Shown here: piece by piece, positions 61,990 to 64,000 of the stretch
Numbering within the stretch: the first letter of the stretch is position 1
Layout: every line of letters begins with the position of its first letter
NCBI GenBank assembly: GCA_951406725.2
Contig: OX597815.1
Coordinates: 119,226,001 to 119,290,000 of the forward strand
From: Octopus vulgaris
Taxonomy: Eukaryota
Reading direction: 5' to 3'
DNA: 64,000 bases
Made by a program: the position numbers and the translations under genes
The notes under the pieces: model-generated
Told to the model about the DNA's origin: nothing
Database searches by the model: none
What the model saw: only the letters and a program-made list of their open reading frames with translations

Positions 61990-62240
61990 ATCTTCTATTA
62001 GTGAGGTGTTCTGTCCAGGACCCATTCAAAATGGTAGGAAGTGTGCACATGTAGCATAGTTTCAGGTTTTATGGTTAGTATCCTGATGGAAGAGTCATAA
62101 AGCAGCACAAATCCAACAGTGTGAAGATGACGTTTCTTTTCAGATTCTTCGAGACCTTAGATTTCCATATTGTGTTGAAACTTTGAAGTGCTACCCAAGC
62201 TTTGCTGATCTGTAAATTAATATCTGACTCACTTAGCCTT
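61990..62240 (-). mobile_element. RTE-clade LINE fragment
   Basis: SESDINLQISKAWVALQSFNTIWKSKVSKNLKRN (cf. EKDI..R..KAW.A...L..IWKS.L...K). Confidence 0.7.
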
Positions 62241-64000
62241 CTTCTATGTCTCATCTTTGGCTTCCATTTGTGAGAGGCTATCCCTAATCTTTTTAAAGCT
62301 GTGACTTCACTAAGTCCCTTCACCACATCACTTTCCAAGTTTAACATATGTAGCAATGTTAGTGCACAGGTAAATAAGCAAATCAATGCTCTCTAGAGTC
62401 TGATCTTCCAGCCAGACTTGTTGCTGTTTGCCTCACCAATAATCATAAATTTTTCCTCTTTTCATTGTTGATCAAAAACCAACCTTTCTTTGATAGCATT
62501 TTCTTTCCAAGACATTCAAAATGGGATGGCCATAGCTGAAGTGTTTTAATACTGTGTTTAATACATTAAATATCTTAATACATTAAATACTTAATACTTG
62601 CTACATTAAACATATATATATACTTATGTGTTTAATATCATAATACATTAAATACTTAATACATTAAATGTCAGTAATTAGTACAAATGCAATACAATGT
62701 AATCTCTACCTGAGTGATAAATCCAAAATTTTAGATGCATAATCTGTACAGGAGTACTTATCAACAGAAGCACCCATCATATAACTCCCATAAACTTCTC
62801 TGGTTAGTAGAAGATATTGAAAATTTCTAAATAATTAATTGATGTATTTAATATTGGACATAGTAGTAGTAAAATTATAGTTATGAAGATAAGAAAAAGC
62901 TGAGAGAATTCAGAGTTTTGTTAGATCTTAGGAACAATGTATTTCTGTACAAAAGACAGTCTGTATTATATTACAGTCATTCCCTTGAGAATTGAATGAA
63001 TACTACAACATCCCATTTCCTCTCTAAAACGAATATGTAGTATTTGTAGTATTATTCCTAGAACTGAAACAACAGAGGGTTGTTAACTCTTTGTTTCCTC
63101 CATTGAGATGTCATAAAATATGAATCAGTAATGAACAAAAATCACAAATTGACCATACTTAAGACCTTGTGCTTAAGTAAAATAAACCATCCTTATTTTG
63201 AAATCAGTAAAGTTCAAATCTCACTGAGGTCAACTTTATCTTCTAGTCTTCCAGTGTTGATAAAAGTACCATTCGAGTACTGGAGTCACTGTCATTGACT
63301 AATCCCCTCCCATCAAATTTGTAACTTTGTACCTAAGTTAGAAACAATTATTTTGAGAGCAATGGCATGGCAGCAATAGAGTAATTTAGAGTATTATGTT
63401 CTGAGTGAAATTCCCCACCACCACCCCACTGTAGTAGATTAAATAAGTTCCAGTGACATGCTGTTATAGGTTTAGTTATCTCCCCTAGGAATTTGTGGCT
63501 TTGTGCTAATTTGGGAAATTCTTATAATTAACGTTTTCAATATTGGGAGGTGCCATGGTGTAGCAGTAATTGTTGTTATAGCTTATCCCCAGGCCAGCAC
63601 TGTCTTAGATATATCGCCTATGACCTCAATTTTATTTATTTATTTTTGTTTATCAGACAATGTATCTACGACTATACTATTGAGCATGTTTTTGAAGGGT
63701 TGGATTTGAGGAATATTTACATGTTAGCTGTAGCCAGTTGAGAGAATGTGTTGAAGCTCCCTTGGTGGTGAGGATGTAAATCCAATACAAAATTCCTGGT
63801 TCAATTTTGATTCTTAGTTTAAATTACTTTTGCTTATGGAAAGTATGAAAATCATAATCTCTCAATTCTTTTCTTATGTGCCTTTTGGTATTGTGTGCTT
63901 GAGCTTACATGGACCAATAAACTGCAAATATCTAGATACATCAATACTATTTGAACAATACTATAACACCATTTTAAAGGCCTATGTCTTCCACTGGAAC

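Noticed and set aside
62555-62672. Repeated TAATACATTAAAT units
   Set aside because: Low-complexity AT-rich slippage repeat with no further structure.

Overview
AT-rich, microsatellite-dense animal DNA. The SINE and RTE-tail families look like octopus (coleoid cephalopod); this is an inference from recalled repeat families. The window is almost entirely transposable elements and their debris. These include several Penelope-like retroelement (PLE) families, RTE LINEs with many (GAT)n-tailed SINE derivatives, tRNA-headed SINEs, an R4/Dong-type RLE LINE remnant, mariner, pogo/Tigger, piggyBac, hAT and Helitron elements, and foldback palindromes. The best-preserved PLE is at 25531-28735 (RT plus GIY-YIG, inverted terminal repeat). 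No complete host gene is present, but three candidate + strand exons (46590-46665, 58881-58937, 59770-59936) splice into one open frame. Two observations stand out. (1) Two copies (5901-8365 +, 13600-14798 -) of an apparently young composite retroposon share a GC-rich junction motif, a homologous body and an RTE tail, but carry largely different 5' arrays of ~330-370 bp monomers. (2) Minimal hammerhead ribozyme motifs occur in at least four PLE-related families, several with non-canonical cores, including a head-to-head tRNA-promoter plus hammerhead mini-element at 3204-3586. Most ORF-track entries are spurious microsatellite or repeat frames. Coordinates of degenerate elements are approximate.
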